From a virus (lineage: Duplodnaviria > Heunggongvirae > Uroviricota > Caudoviricetes), in IMG/VR virus record IMGVR_UViG_2579778919_000012: a stretch of 8,472 bases of DNA. The stretch is one strand, 5' to 3'. The position numbers were made by a program, and so were the translations under genes. Below, in pieces: positions 7,801-8,472 of this stretch. The number at the start of each line of letters is the position of its first letter. Positions within the stretch are counted from its first letter, which is position 1. A model generated the notes under the pieces. The model saw only the letters and a list, made by a program, of their open reading frames with translations. It was not told where the DNA came from and did no database searches.

Positions 7801-8013
7801 GCCGCACGGATGCCTGTTTCGGCGTCTCCGTCTGCGGCTTCCGTCGCTGCGCTGATGCCTGCTCCGGGTGGCGATGTATATAACCTTAACTTCGACTTTA
7901 GCGGCCAGAAACTGGATGAAGAAACCATTATCAGGCGCGTGCGCGAAGAACTTGCGTTAGCGAAGCAACAGGCCGACCGGCGCAAGCGCTCCCAACTGAC
8001 CGATCACGTCTAA
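4843..8013 (+). CDS. T: Tail tape measure protein (P2 gpT family)
   Basis: 1056-aa ORF in the canonical position after E/E'. It has a Gln/Ala-rich N-terminal coiled-coil-like region, a central Gly/Ala/Leu-rich hydrophobic segment and a Lys/Gln-rich C-terminal stretch, all typical of tape measure proteins. It is longer than P2 gpT (~815 aa). Confidence 0.9.
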   Translation: MADRNLNIRVAFSALNNMSRPVNAARQSAAALASQINQTKTSIKGLERQATSFDRLTAANKKTTEQLAQAKEQARQMAAAYGPLRQRSAEQVAALNQQRAAIRQLTQQQKGEQTQLNQLRASFYSEGIAISSASRATEQINQRTAQYNRQLAEQQRRLDAVNQAQARYSRAKETGEKMMSGGMKTAAVGAATLAPVAAAVKSYSSLEDAMKGVAKQVNGLRDDSGNRTPQYEEMQRAIMDASEKLPMANGAVDYAALVEGGARMGVANSDDPWEKQKADLLAFASMAAKASVAFELPADQLSESLGKIAGLYKIPTQNIEQLGDAINYLDDNAKSKGSDIIDVLQRVGGLASQLDYKQAAALGSTFLTLGSPAEVAASATNAMVRELSIATVQSDKFLGALDEIGINAEKVQKSMSVDAMGTIISVLEASKKLAPDKQVANLTQIFGKEFGDDAQKLANNLPELRRQIELTQGAAAKGSMNRESDINKASLSAQWQLTKTGAVNALSSAGETLREPLMDIMLTVSKVVGSVRRCVEANPALVGSIMKVTAAIGALLVVVGGLMLTIGAVLGPMALVRLSFTTLAGSGGVTPLIGSLGKLSSTLRGLIPSLSGVGRSIKDWPALFRSAASGITQFSKQAIGGLNTALMALSRGAVAAGQGLFTLFTRPMTAITWLGNGLRTLATSGFGALLNVGRTVMMALGGGLSLLLSPIGILVIALSAAAIAVIKFWEPIKAFFTGFYTGLMSGLQPLTSAFSTAFAPLAPLFDSIGNAVGGVWEWFTKLFEPIQFSSEALASCTSAGETFGKVVGNALSALTPIIEGIARGIGWVLEKLGAIPDATKAAQQAAESMHKDPVVWEWDPQQKKMVKKGWNWSPKDDQQKKTNQKQQQAIDQQKKQESLINSLKGPANIVPKMSSSLDKIATNTTEKKDGPGEIVFKNKQPYIPIRGGYSEPLKQVQRQLPSLTDWVTQQAGSLIASVTPWQVEKPAARMPVSASPSAASVAALMPAPGGDVYNLNFDFSGQKLDEETIIRRVREELALAKQQADRRKRSQLTDHV

Positions 8014-8022
8014 GGCAATATC

Positions 8023-8472
8023 ATGATGATGATTCTGGGGATGTTCCCCTTTTCACTGCAAACCACACCTTACCAGAGTGCGAATAAAACCAACTCCTGG
8101 CGGCACGTCAAAAACGATCGCGTGGGGAAATCCCCGCGCTATCAGTTCATCGGCGCAGATGAAGAACCGTTCGTACTCAGCGGCACGCTGTACCCCGAAA
8201 TAAGCGGCGGTGATGTGTCGCTTGTCATGCTGGAAACTATGGCTTTTTCCGGGCGCCCGTGGCCCCTGATAGAAGGCACGGGCAGGATCTACGGCATGTA
8301 TGTAATTGAGCAGATCACGCAAAACCGGACGGAGTTTTTTAAGGACGGGAAGGCAAAGAAAATTGATTTCACGCTCAACCTGAAACGGGTAAGCGAGGAC
8401 ATACGGGAAAAGCTGGCTGAAACCACTACCGACGATCTCTTCTCTCTGGTGAAAACCAACCTTTCGATATAA
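8023..8472 (+). CDS. U: Tail protein gpU (P2 GpU family)
   Basis: 149-aa ORF directly after T (P2 gpU is ~159 aa). N-terminus MMMILGMFPF and the blocks RPWPLIEGTGRIYGMYVI and RTEFFKDG resemble P2 gpU as recalled. The stop codon is the last triplet of the window. Confidence 0.85.
   Translation: MMMILGMFPFSLQTTPYQSANKTNSWRHVKNDRVGKSPRYQFIGADEEPFVLSGTLYPEISGGDVSLVMLETMAFSGRPWPLIEGTGRIYGMYVIEQITQNRTEFFKDGKAKKIDFTLNLKRVSEDIREKLAETTTDDLFSLVKTNLSI

Noticed and set aside
7059-7985. Several 60-111 aa - strand ORFs inside T
   Set aside because: All are antisense to the tape measure gene, with low-complexity translations and no start context. Same artefact class as the larger antisense ORFs.
1-8472. 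CRISPR arrays, rRNA or tRNA genes, and insertion sequences
   Set aside because: No regularly spaced direct repeats, no rRNA- or tRNA-like segments and no transposase-like ORF or terminal inverted repeats were seen. The window is fully tiled by the phage genes and the cassette.

Overview
This window is the late tail-gene module of a P2-like (Peduovirus-type) prophage from an enterobacterial host. On the + strand it carries a co-oriented operon: tail sheath FI (2646..3839), tail tube FII (3852..4367), tail chaperone E with a TTTTTTG -1 frameshift giving E+E' (4382..4842), tape measure T (4843..8013) and tail protein U (8023..8472). Divergent from it on the - strand are late control gene D (1370..2488) and the Ogr zinc-finger late activator (1079..1321), closed by a hairpin terminator. 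D and ogr lie upstream of FI and inverted, which differs from the canonical P2 order FI-FII-E-E'-T-U-D-ogr. The 157-bp D/FI divergent region holds one TGT-N12-ACA dyad, the P2 late-promoter activator motif, roughly equidistant from both start codons. Beyond the ogr terminator sits a lower-GC two-gene cassette on the - strand (1..998): a small zinc-ribbon two-helix membrane protein translationally coupled to a signal-peptide protein, neither of which I can place in a family. This cassette is the best candidate for an accessory or undescribed function, but it could equally be host flank. No rRNA, tRNA or CRISPR array was seen. All family calls rest on recalled similarity to P2 proteins, size and gene order; no database search was run.
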